A stretch of DNA of 64,000 bases from Candidatus Poribacteria bacterium. Its GTDB lineage: Bacteria; Poribacteria; WGA-4E; WGA-3G. This document shows, in pieces, positions 39,460 through 48,485 of this stretch. The translations under genes and the position numbers were made by a program. How positions within the stretch are numbered: the first letter of the stretch is position 1; each line of letters opens with the position of its first letter. A model generated the notes under the pieces. The model was not told where the DNA came from. It searched no databases and saw only the letters and a list, made by a program, of their open reading frames with translations. Location: the NCBI GenBank assembly GCA_965242965.1, contig OZ251518.1:1440001-1504000 (forward strand), given 5' to 3'.

Positions 39460-40530
39460 ATGAACGCGAAACGATTCGCTCCCTTTTACGTAGGTATCGG
39501 CGGGCTCCTCCTCGCCGTGCTCGGGACAGGGCTCTTTATGTGGCTGTCCCCCTCAAAGACAGCGACAGTCAGAAAAATCTATAGTGCAGCACCGGCACCT
39601 GCTCAGAAAGAGGGTATCGATGCAGCGCAATTTCTCTCTACGCTTAGGGAGGAGTTAGCCGACGATACCCGGCCAGAAACGCAACAATACCTCGCGTTTC
39701 TGGCATCCGATGAGGGACAAGCGTTCCTAAAAAGCGGTCCCACCCTTGCGGAGATAAACGAGGTAATGGAACGCTATATTCCACCCACTGATTTGCATCT
39801 ACAGCGAATCGATGAGTGGTACCGGCTTTACTTTCCTACTGGAACGCTAGAGGAGAGTGAGCAAGAGATCCTCGCTTTGATCCAGCGGTGCATCCAAGCG
39901 AAAGGGTATCTACCGTCCGAACTCAGGGACGCACACTACATCTTTGAAGTCAAGAGTGAACTGCATCAAGATGAAAGGTTAGCCCCCTTTTTATATAAAA
40001 AGTTTGATGGCGACGTATGGCGTGCAGCCAAATGGTTTAATGCCACGGTGACGCGCCATTTCGCCAGCGAGGCAGACCGGCGGATGCATGAACTAAATGC
40101 AAGAGGCGATACAGCGCAGCCAGCCCCGGCAAACGTGACGGTGCATGTCAATGTCGACAACTATCGAAAACCGGCCTCAGTGCTGCCTCGCGATGATGTG
40201 AAAGCCTTCGTCGATTTCATCGATGCAACTCCGGCGCGGGATGTTGACAACCCTGAACCACTTTTGCCGCAAACAACCGTTTCGCCGCTTGAAATGCCGC
40301 TGTGGGACTTCACAAAAGCAGTTATGTCAGAACTTGTTGACATCTCTGCGCGCGAACAGTGGACACCGGAACGCTTTGAAAAGGCGAGGGAATTTTTCAA
40401 GTACGCGACAGCACCACTAGATCGATACGGAGAGGAAGAGGGGCTCCGGCACCTCAAGGCATCAGACCCGGGAGCTGCCCTGCATATTGAACGTCTTCTC
40501 CAGAAATACCAAGAGCAAAAGCCTGATTAA
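39460..40530 (+). CDS. Membrane-anchored hypothetical protein, family III
   Basis: GAGGAG SD, TM, C-terminal PERF..A....LDRYGEEEGLRHLKASDP. Confidence 0.8.
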   Translation: MNAKRFAPFYVGIGGLLLAVLGTGLFMWLSPSKTATVRKIYSAAPAPAQKEGIDAAQFLSTLREELADDTRPETQQYLAFLASDEGQAFLKSGPTLAEINEVMERYIPPTDLHLQRIDEWYRLYFPTGTLEESEQEILALIQRCIQAKGYLPSELRDAHYIFEVKSELHQDERLAPFLYKKFDGDVWRAAKWFNATVTRHFASEADRRMHELNARGDTAQPAPANVTVHVNVDNYRKPASVLPRDDVKAFVDFIDATPARDVDNPEPLLPQTTVSPLEMPLWDFTKAVMSELVDISAREQWTPERFEKAREFFKYATAPLDRYGEEEGLRHLKASDPGAALHIERLLQKYQEQKPD

Positions 40531-40564
40531 GGGTTTGTGGCTCGCGAGGACAACAAGAAGGAAT

Positions 40565-41093
40565 CGAGACTGGTGGGAAAACCTGTCCCTCGCCATCGTC
40601 GTGCACGCGCACCCCAACGATCGCGGGGGCCTGTCCCCCGCGCTACGATGAAAAAACGCCTCCTCTTCACGTAGGGCGAGGGCCTGTCCCTCGCCGTGCT
40701 TCGATCTACCGGACATTCGCGGGGGACAGGCCCCCGCGCTACGGTATCCAGAACGGCCGCTCTTACCGTAGGGCGAGGGCCTGTCCCTCGCCATGCAACG
40801 ATCGCGAGGATAGCATCCGAGGGGTGCCCGCGCCACGGGGCCTAAAACGATCGCGGGGGACAGGCCCCCGCGCTACGGTAAAACGGCGGTGTTCATTCGC
40901 AGCGGCGAAACCGCTGTTGAAAAAACGGCTCTTCAGGTCCTTTAGGTCCTGCATGTCTATAGACAAACGTGCCCTTCATCGTTTTCAAGGTCCGCTAGGA
41001 CCTTAATAGGCGGCTAGCCACGCGGTGCAGATGTATATTAAGGTCCTACAGACCTTAAGAGGCTTCGCGACGCAAGGAACTATAGACATTAAG
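40565..41093. repeat. Mosaic REP-like palindrome cluster
   Basis: A/A' doublets and long palindrome at ~40935-41093. Confidence 0.85.
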
Positions 41094-41202
41094 GCAGCAG
41101 AAATCTTCGCATCAGTTGCGACGTTGAGCAAGTTAAGGATGTCCCTCCTATTGATTTTATCGCTGCTTTATGCTATGCTATTTCCAAGGAGGCGAAAACG
41201 CT

Positions 41203-42084
41203 ATGAAAGTATTGATAACCGGGGCAAGCGGCAGACTCGGCGCGTTTGTCATCAGGGAATTGGCAGAACAGCATACACTGACGCTCATGTCACGCCGGCA
41301 ACCACCGGCCGAATTCTCACATCTCCCGTTTATTCAGGGAGATCTGAACACTTTTGAGGATTGCCAGCGCGCCGTTGAAGGCGTAGACGCAATCCAACAC
41401 CTCGGCGCGCAGCCGGGGCCCGTAGATCATCCCGATATGCGGGAAAACGCCGCAGCGCAAGGCATCCCTTTCGATGCCACCTTCAAAACGAACATGCTCG
41501 GCACCTATTACCTGATGCAGGCGGCGATTGAAGCAGGCGTGCAAACGGTGGTGATGTCCGGCAGCAATTGCGCATTAGGCCACGGCTTCCGCATCAGCAA
41601 AACCGACATGCCGCTCGATTACCTGCCTTTAGACGAGGAGCATCCGTGCTATCCGGAGGATTCCTATAGTTTCTCTAAACTGCACGGCGAGGCGTTGCTG
41701 GAGAGTTATACCCGCGCCTACGGCATCCGAACCTACGTCACGCGCCCAGCAGGCATCTGTCCGGAAGAACGGCGGCAGCAGATGGCAGAAAATGCGAAAC
41801 CGACTGCCGGGTGGACACCGTGGCTGTGGTGTTGGGTAGGCAGCGAAGATGTCGCCAGCGCGCACCGATTACTGATGGAAAAGGCGGAGACGCTCCCGCC
41901 GCACGATGTCTATTTCCTCAACGGAGACGACACCACGGCGTTGGAACCTTCACAAGAATTGGTGGCGCGGTTCAAACCGGAACTGCTGCCGAAAGTGCGA
42001 ACGCTCCAAGGGCATCAATCGTTTATCAACTGCGACAAGTTAAAGCGTGCCATCGGCTGGCGACACACTACCTCGTGGAGGTGA
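41203..42084 (+). CDS. NAD-dependent epimerase/dehydratase (extended SDR)
   Basis: MKVLITGASGRLG, GVDAI.HL, N..GTY, Y..SK; AAGGAGG SD. Confidence 0.9.
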   Translation: MKVLITGASGRLGAFVIRELAEQHTLTLMSRRQPPAEFSHLPFIQGDLNTFEDCQRAVEGVDAIQHLGAQPGPVDHPDMRENAAAQGIPFDATFKTNMLGTYYLMQAAIEAGVQTVVMSGSNCALGHGFRISKTDMPLDYLPLDEEHPCYPEDSYSFSKLHGEALLESYTRAYGIRTYVTRPAGICPEERRQQMAENAKPTAGWTPWLWCWVGSEDVASAHRLLMEKAETLPPHDVYFLNGDDTTALEPSQELVARFKPELLPKVRTLQGHQSFINCDKLKRAIGWRHTTSWR

Positions 42085-42103
42085 CGTAAAACCGTCCGAA
42101 GCA

Positions 42104-42368
42104 CGTAGCGCGAGGGCCTGTCCCTCGCATGGTTTCGGTTGGAAAAACGCCATCCGCAGTGCCCGTAGCGCGAGGGCCTGTCCCTCGCGTGTTTTCGGTT
42201 GGAAAAACGCCGTCCGTAGTGACCGTAGCGCGAGGGCCTGTCCCTCGCGTGTTTTCGGTTGAAAAAAAGCCATCCGTAGTGACCGTAGGGCGAGGGCCTG
42301 TCCCTCGCGTGGCTTCGCCGAAAAAACGCTATCCGTAGTGCCCGTAGCGCGAGGGCCTGTCCCTCGCG
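42104..42368 (+). repeat. Direct tandem array of a 60-bp REP-containing unit (5 hairpins)
   Basis: CGTAG(C/G)GCGAGGGCCTGTCCCTCGC at 42104, 42164, 42224, 42284 and 42343 with near-identical linkers. Confidence 0.92.
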
Positions 42369-42384
42369 AACTTTCCATTTCATT

Positions 42385-42760
42385 GAGGGTGTTTGATATC
42401 TTGATGGCTCCCCGGTAGGAGAGACCTCCCGGTCTCGATGCATCGCGCATGCGAGAGACTATAGTTCGGGAGTGCCTGCTCCCGAACGGGTCAAGATCGC
42501 TTGGCAAACATGCCAGAGCTTCAGACGATCTTGACCTACAGAGGGGGATGCCTCGTCTTACCGTAGGGCGAGGGTCTGTCCCTCGCCATCGTTCGCACAT
42601 CCCAACGCTCGCGGGGGACAGGCCCCCGCGCTACGGTGTCAGCAGCATTTCTCGCACCGATCTCGGAAGAAACCCGCCCGGATGCGCGTGTGGCATCCGA
42701 GGGGCCCCGCGCTACGGGGAAAAAAACAGCCCCTTGTTGAGCGATTTATGAAACACCCAC
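42385..42760. mobile_element. TIR-bounded REP cassette (MITE-like)
   Basis: Left GAGGGTGTTTGATATCT (42385), right ATTTATGAAACACCCAC (42744-42760). Confidence 0.6.
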
Positions 42761-42790
42761 ATTTCATTAGGGATTCTTTTGGAGGAAAAA

Positions 42791-43867
42791 ATGAACAACA
42801 GAGTTCGCATCGGAGTCGTCGGTGTCGGGAGTATCTCCGTGCGCGGCATTCTCCCGCACCTCACACAAGACGATGTTCAAGATAGACTACAGGTAACCGC
42901 TGTCTGCGATCCGGTTCCCGGCAGAGCCCAAGCCGCGTCCGAGAAATTCAACGTCCCGCACACGTATGAAACCTACGAGGCGTTGTTGGCAGACAGACAA
43001 GTGGATGCAGTAAGCATCGCATCGCCGATCGGGTTGCATTATGAACAGGGAAAACTCGCCATTGAGCACGGCGTGCATGCACACTTCAACAAGACGATGA
43101 CAACCAGCGTTGCGGAAGCGGATGCGTTAATCGCCGCCGCAGCGGAAAAGGAGGTCAAATTAGTAGCTTCGCCTGGGCAGATGTTGCGTCCAATCAACAG
43201 AGAGATTCGTCGGCTTGTTAGTGAAGGCGCGCTCGGAACGCTGACATGGGCGGCGACCGGGGCTGCTTTCGGCAGATACCACGAAAACGAATCGGTACGG
43301 CACGGCGATGATCTGCTATCCAATATCAACCCGGCGTGGTATTTCCGAAAACCGGGCGGCGGACCGCTTTACGACATGACAGTCTATGGCTTGCACACGC
43401 TGACAGGCATTCTCGGACCCGCGAAGCGCGTAACGGCGTTCTCCGGCGTGCGCATCAAGGAACGTGAATTCCGCGGCGAAATGCTCCCGTGCGACATGGA
43501 CGATAACACCTTCATCTTGCTAGACTTCGGCGAGGCGTTTTTCGGGTTTGTCTACGGTGCCGCCGCAGGATACCAGGTCCGCGGCGGATTAGCGATTCAC
43601 GGGACAGCCGGGACAATTGAGGGCGGTTCCTTCAACGGCAAACCAATTGACGCGCCGGACATGGCACTCCCGCACGTGGTGGGAGTGCATCGGGACATTC
43701 AGGAATCGCATGTCTATGAGGACATTATGCAACTAGTAGACTGGATTCGTGAGGGTATCCCCACTATCGTCACGGCGGAACATGCGCGGCACGTAATCGA
43801 AATTTTTGATGCCGGTTACCGTTCTGCTCAAACCGGGCAAGCGCAAACCTTGCGAACCACTTTTTAG
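42791..43867 (+). CDS. Gfo/Idh/MocA family oxidoreductase
   Basis: RIGVVGVG, AVCD, VDAV.IASP..LH, GGGPLYDM.VY.LH, DD; GGAGG SD. Confidence 0.92.
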   Translation: MNNRVRIGVVGVGSISVRGILPHLTQDDVQDRLQVTAVCDPVPGRAQAASEKFNVPHTYETYEALLADRQVDAVSIASPIGLHYEQGKLAIEHGVHAHFNKTMTTSVAEADALIAAAAEKEVKLVASPGQMLRPINREIRRLVSEGALGTLTWAATGAAFGRYHENESVRHGDDLLSNINPAWYFRKPGGGPLYDMTVYGLHTLTGILGPAKRVTAFSGVRIKEREFRGEMLPCDMDDNTFILLDFGEAFFGFVYGAAAGYQVRGGLAIHGTAGTIEGGSFNGKPIDAPDMALPHVVGVHRDIQESHVYEDIMQLVDWIREGIPTIVTAEHARHVIEIFDAGYRSAQTGQAQTLRTTF

Positions 43868-43925
43868 ATGCATCGGCTAAGGCCTGTTTGCCATGCTTAT
43901 TTTAAAACGCGTTGATTGGCCCTTC

Positions 43926-44437
43926 CGTAGGGCTTGGGCCCTCGGATGCCACACGCGCTGGCGAGCGGGTTTCCCTCGCCAGCGTTCATGCACGCGCACT
44001 CCAACGCTCGCGGGGGACAGGCCCCCGCGCTACGATAAAAAACGCCACTCCCTCATCCCGTAGGGCGAGGGACAGGCCCTCGCCAGCGTTTTGCTACCAG
44101 AGCTCCTCACCTCTGTAGGTCAGGAGCGCCTGCTCCTGACCTGTTTGTGATCAGGCGATCACAAACTACAGAGGGGGAAACGCACATCGTGACGATGGAG
44201 ATCGCGGGGGAAACCCGCTCGGATGCGCGTATGGCATCCGAGGGCCCCCGCGCTACGATGAAAAAACGCCCCTCACCGTAGGGCGAGGGCCTGTCCCTCG
44301 CCATCGTTCATGCACGCGCACTCCAACGATCGCGGGGGACAGGCCCCCGCGCTACGATGAAAAAAACGCCACTCCCTCACCGTAGGGCGAGGGCCCTCGC
44401 ATGCCACACGCGCATGCGAGAGGGTTTCCCTCGCCAT
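43926..44437. repeat. Mosaic REP-like palindrome cluster
   Basis: A/A' units (three with nested-loop inserts) and a D doublet. Confidence 0.88.
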
Positions 44438-44476
44438 GCTTGTCTAACAAGAAAATCATCTAAAGGAAAAAACGTC

Positions 44477-45427
44477 ATGCCAAAAGCTTTATGTATCGGT
44501 GAATTGCTCATCGATTTTGTATCCACTACCCCCGATGTAACGCTTGCGGCGGCACCGGGGTTCGTCAAAGCCCCCGGTGGCGCGCCCGCGAACGTTGCTG
44601 TAGGCTTAGCAAAACTCGGTATTGATGCCGGGTTCATCGGCAAAGTCGGCGCGGATGCGTTCGGCGATTTCCTGCGAGAAACGCTGACACAGCACCACGT
44701 CAATACCGACTACCTCATCGCCGATGAGACATCTCGCACGACGTTAGCCTTCGTCGCCACGCGCTCCGATGGCATGAAAGACATCACCTTCTATCGGCAT
44801 CCCGGCGCGGATATCCAACTCTCGCCTGACGAAATCGACGCGGACTATATCCACTCAGCGGCACTTTTTCACTATGGTTCTGTCAGCCTGAGTCATTCGC
44901 CAAGCCGGGAGGCGACGCTGGCAGCGATTCAGGAGGCGAAGGCCGGCGGCGTGCTACTCTCCTATGATGTGAACCTACGGTTGATGCTCTGGGACGATGC
45001 CGACGATGCAAAACGGTGGATTTGGGCTGTCTTGCCCTACGCCGATGTTGTTAAAATATCGGAAGAAGAATGGAATTTCATCATGGGCGATGTGAGTTTT
45101 GCAAGTGGCGCAAAACGCATCCTTGAACAAGGTGCATCCCTCGTCGTTGTCACGCTCGGGGAAAAGGGGTGTTACTACACAAACGGCAGCGCGGAAGGCA
45201 CGGTTGATGGATTCGCTGTCAAGGTGGTGGATACCCTCGGCGCGGGCGATGCCTTCGTCGCGGCGATGCTGTTCCAGCTGCTGCGTCATGAAAATCTTCA
45301 GTCGCTTAACGCGGAACAACTCGGCGCGATAATGCGTTATGCGAACGCCGCGGGGGCATTAGCGACGCAGAAGGTAGGGGTAATCCCTGCCTTGCCAACG
45401 GCTGCAGAGATTGCGGCGTTCCTGTAA
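44477..45427 (+). CDS. PfkB family carbohydrate kinase (fructokinase-like)
   Basis: GELLIDF, PGGAPANVAVGLAKLG, GKVG.D.FG, YD.NLR..LW, VDT.GAGDAF; AAGGA SD before ATG 44477. Confidence 0.93.
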   Translation: MPKALCIGELLIDFVSTTPDVTLAAAPGFVKAPGGAPANVAVGLAKLGIDAGFIGKVGADAFGDFLRETLTQHHVNTDYLIADETSRTTLAFVATRSDGMKDITFYRHPGADIQLSPDEIDADYIHSAALFHYGSVSLSHSPSREATLAAIQEAKAGGVLLSYDVNLRLMLWDDADDAKRWIWAVLPYADVVKISEEEWNFIMGDVSFASGAKRILEQGASLVVVTLGEKGCYYTNGSAEGTVDGFAVKVVDTLGAGDAFVAAMLFQLLRHENLQSLNAEQLGAIMRYANAAGALATQKVGVIPALPTAAEIAAFL

Positions 45428-45453
45428 GTCGGGACAACAATGGACTACGGAAG

Positions 45454-45934
45454 GAAGGGGTTTCATAAATTGCTATGCGTTTGGCTGGCAGACCGCCTCA
45501 CCCCTGTAGGTCAGGATCGCCTGATCCTGACCCGTTCGGGAGCGGGCGCTCCCGAACTACAGAAGTGGGCCCGATGCATCCCGGTAGGAGAGACCTCCCG
45601 GTCTCGATGCAATACCCGGTAGGCGAGACCTCCTGGTCTCGATGCGTTTTGTTGGTGTTTTTATCGGGACAAGGATGTCCCTCCTACCTGGCTCGATTTC
45701 TGCCGGTAGGCGAGACCTCCTGGTCTCGATGCTGCAAGGCTCGGGCGCGCCCCACCTATAGTTCAGGAGCGCCTGCTCCTGAACGCTTTGTGCTCAGGCG
45801 ATTGCAAACGACGATGGGCTTCTCAATGTCTTCCCGATACGGACCACGTTGAGACCCGGGCGGCAGAAATCGAGACCGGGAGGTCTCTCCTACGGGGCCA
45901 TCGCGCGCATCGAGACCAGGAGGTCTCTCCTACC
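45454..45934. repeat. Mosaic REP-like cluster with left terminal motif
   Basis: GAAGGGGTTTCATAAAT at 45454; D, B and C units. Confidence 0.87.
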
Positions 45935-46007
45935 GGGGAAACGGAATCGTTTCGGGGTATCACGAAACCAGAGCACGGCGGTGAGTGGATTATTGAGTTG
46001 TTCTAAA

Positions 46008-46808
46008 TCAACCCCGCCGCGCCCGAACCGCATACATCGGCCATGAAAAATAGAAATCCTCACCTGCTGGCCGGACGGTGTAATGCTCCTTTGCCTCATC
46101 TGGGGAGAGTTGCGCGAAGGCATCACGGATTGCACGCACCACCGCCGGTGGATTATTCTCCGGCCGCACCCACCACAAAAACGACATCTGCGCATTACGC
46201 ACGTGCGCAGAACGTTCTATCGTAAATCCTGCAGCGGTAATCATCGCATCCCACTGAGACGGTGGGTAGCCATATACATGCGAATTATCTCGCAGCCTCT
46301 CCACGCGATTCTGCCACGCGATGAGTTTCTCCGATTCGGGTGAGACAGAATCCACCATGCAGAAGAGTCCATTCGGGCGTAAAACCCGATGGACTTCTCT
46401 TAAAAACGCAGGCACATCTTCAAAGTGATGCGGCGCGATCCGGCACGTCACCAAATCGTAAGCGGCATTGGCGAACGGCAGTGCCTCCGCAGCGGCGAGC
46501 GAAAAGGCGATGTTCGGTATCGCTTGCTCTTGTGCCAATTCGGCTGCCTTGACAAGCATCTCTTCTGTCAAATCTGTCGCGACGACATTCGCGACGTTGG
46601 GTGCGAACGCGAACGCCGTGAATCCTGTCCCGGTGGCGATGTCTAGCACCTGTTCCGTGCCTTTCGGTTCGGCAAATTCAAGGATGACATCAAGCGTATC
46701 GCCTTTAGCATGTGCAGTGCTTTGCGCGTAGTATTCGGCATGTTGGCTGAACTGTGCTGTGACAGCGTTGTGGATAGATTTCATGTTGTGCTGTGCCTCC
46801 ACGTCCAT
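46008..46808 (-). CDS. Class I SAM-dependent methyltransferase
   Basis: VLDIATGTG, V.A.DLT..ML, AE.LPF....D.VTCRIAPHHF, E..RVLRP.G. Confidence 0.92.
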   Translation of the reverse strand: MDVEAQHNMKSIHNAVTAQFSQHAEYYAQSTAHAKGDTLDVILEFAEPKGTEQVLDIATGTGFTAFAFAPNVANVVATDLTEEMLVKAAELAQEQAIPNIAFSLAAAEALPFANAAYDLVTCRIAPHHFEDVPAFLREVHRVLRPNGLFCMVDSVSPESEKLIAWQNRVERLRDNSHVYGYPPSQWDAMITAAGFTIERSAHVRNAQMSFLWWVRPENNPPAVVRAIRDAFAQLSPDEAKEHYTVRPAGEDFYFSWPMYAVRARRG

Positions 46809-46810
46809 TT

Positions 46811-47212
46811 TTACTGCAGCGGCGGCGCAGGCGGCATTTGTAACGCGGCGTTCTCCACGGGTGCCGATTCCGTTTCAGATGCAACTGCAGCGGCGGGCAT
46901 CGCCTCGGACAACGGCTCAACCGTCAGACGACAGCCGAGGGCTTTGAGAAGGCACGCGAACGTGTCTAGGGACAGTTCCTCCTCGCCTGAAAGCAGCCGC
47001 GTCACTGTTGCTGCGTCTAACGACATCTGCTGCGCCAACTGCGCAACACCCCCCTGTGAAGCGACGAACGTTCGGAGCCCCAGGAGAAATACAGGCGTGT
47101 CGCCATCCTCTTGATATTCTTCCACTGTCAATTGGAGATAACTCAATGCTCTCTCCCGGTTTTTGGCGAATCTCTCAATGATATATTCGCGCCAGTCTCC
47201 CATTTCTGTCAT
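46811..47212 (-). CDS. Addiction-module antidote (HTH antitoxin, HI1420/HigA-like)
   Basis: A..YL....EE...DGD...FL..LR......GG.A.LA, L.G...SL.TF..LLKALG.RLTV. Confidence 0.82.
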   Translation of the reverse strand: MTEMGDWREYIIERFAKNRERALSYLQLTVEEYQEDGDTPVFLLGLRTFVASQGGVAQLAQQMSLDAATVTRLLSGEEELSLDTFACLLKALGCRLTVEPLSEAMPAAAVASETESAPVENAALQMPPAPPLQ

Positions 47213-47325
47213 CGGTGTGCCTCCTTATATGTTTGCCAATACGTCTTGGCACGGCGAATGTCCCGTTGCTGCGATGACTTATCACCACTGCACAGCAATA
47301 GGATAACCGTGTTGCCGATTTCCCC
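47209..47325 (-). pseudogene. 3' remnant of a RelE/ParE-type addiction-module killer toxin
   Basis: Reads GEIGNTVILLLCSGDKSSQQRDIRRAKTYWQTYKEAHR-stop; TGA overlaps the antitoxin ATG; REP cluster lies in place of the 5' half. Confidence 0.82.
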
Positions 47326-47360
47326 TAGAAAAGCGAGGAGGCGCGCATCGGGCCCACCAC

Positions 47361-47516
47361 TGTAGTTCGGGAGCACCCGCTCCCGAACAGGTCAGGAGCA
47401 GGCACTCCTGTCCTACAGGGGTGAGGCGGTCTGCCAGCCAAACGCGGTCTACCGAAAACTCGCGAGGGACAGGCCCTCGCGCTACGGAGTATCGGGACAA
47501 GGATGTCCCTCCTACC
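47361..47516. repeat. REP-like cluster (D doublet, A and C units)
   Basis: GTAGTTCGGGAGCACCCGCTCCCGAAC, GCGAGGGACAGGCCCTCGCGCTAC, ATCGGGACAAGGATGTCCCTCCTAC. Confidence 0.85.
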
Positions 47517-48350
47517 TCAATAATTCTTAATAAACAACTCCTTCCCTTTCGCCGCTGTAGTTTTCCGATAGTTGTTCATCCCATACTGCAGTGTCCACTC
47601 CTGAATCTCTGCAAAATCGAAGAGCTCCCTGATAACAGGCGAATCATCGTAAGTTATCAGCCATTTATGCGGACACTTCTTCATATTTTCAGCGAATTGC
47701 CCGTGGTCAAACGCCGTATGCAAACTGCCTCTCACGCCATATAGTTTTGACGCAGTCGCCTTCCAATACGGCGGCTCCAAGAAAAGAAAGACATTTTCGC
47801 CTTCGTGGAACAGCACGTCGGCGTAATCCTCGCACGTGATGTTGACATCGCGGAGATACGGCGCAACCTGTCCTACGCGCGCAATGGACGATGCTGTCCA
47901 CCGATTCGCATAGGCGGAAGGCGAATACCCCCCAGAATCTACCACACCCGAAAAGGTGATACGATTCAGGATGAAAAACCGCACGGCGCGTTCAAATTCG
48001 GAAAGCAGGGAGCGGTTTTCGCTGAGTGCATCCTTATCCGATGTTAACTCGGCAAATAAGGCGCGGCCATCGGTTGTGTTTGAGTGCGTTGTCGTCAACG
48101 CTTCTACCAATGCGAGGTTATTGTCGCGCGCTTGCCGCCAAAAACAGACGACATCATAGTTGAAATCATTTATCCAATAGGTTTTGATGCGGCTGTGGAA
48201 GAGGCTGCGGATAGCGAAGAAGACAGAACCGCCTCCGACGAAAGGTTCTCGGAACTCGGCAATGTTCATCGGAATGAGGGGGAGAATCTGTTTCAAGGCG
48301 CGAGATTTCCCACCCGGATATCGTAAGGGACTTTTCGCTAATTTAGGCAT
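47517..48350 (-). CDS. Dam-like (D12 class) DNA adenine methyltransferase, orphan, with catalytic motif EPPY
   Basis: SPLRYPGGKS, EPFVGGGSVF, IND, LNR.TFSG, FLEPPY in place of DPPY, W.ITYDD, EL.I.NY. Confidence 0.88.
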   Translation of the reverse strand: MPKLAKSPLRYPGGKSRALKQILPLIPMNIAEFREPFVGGGSVFFAIRSLFHSRIKTYWINDFNYDVVCFWRQARDNNLALVEALTTTHSNTTDGRALFAELTSDKDALSENRSLLSEFERAVRFFILNRITFSGVVDSGGYSPSAYANRWTASSIARVGQVAPYLRDVNITCEDYADVLFHEGENVFLFLEPPYWKATASKLYGVRGSLHTAFDHGQFAENMKKCPHKWLITYDDSPVIRELFDFAEIQEWTLQYGMNNYRKTTAAKGKELFIKNY

Positions 48351-48485
48351 CGCGTGCAGTTATCCAAATTTGTAATTTGTCGTTTTCACCCGCTTCTCGG
48401 TACCGAACGCATCGAAATATGAAACCCCCTCATCACCCGAAAGCCCCCGTTTCGCGCAAGGAAAAATCGCGCGATGGCCCAAAGG

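Noticed and set aside
42104-42368. CRISPR-like array (25-nt palindromic repeat with 35-nt spacers)
   Set aside because: The spacers are near-identical to each other, the repeat is a genome-dispersed REP hairpin, and no cas genes or leader are present
48359-48485. Read-through extension of the alcohol dehydrogenase past its TAG
   Set aside because: ADH ends at the normal family C-terminus (RGVIVFD); the downstream open stretch overlaps a terminal-motif relic and has no recognisable motif
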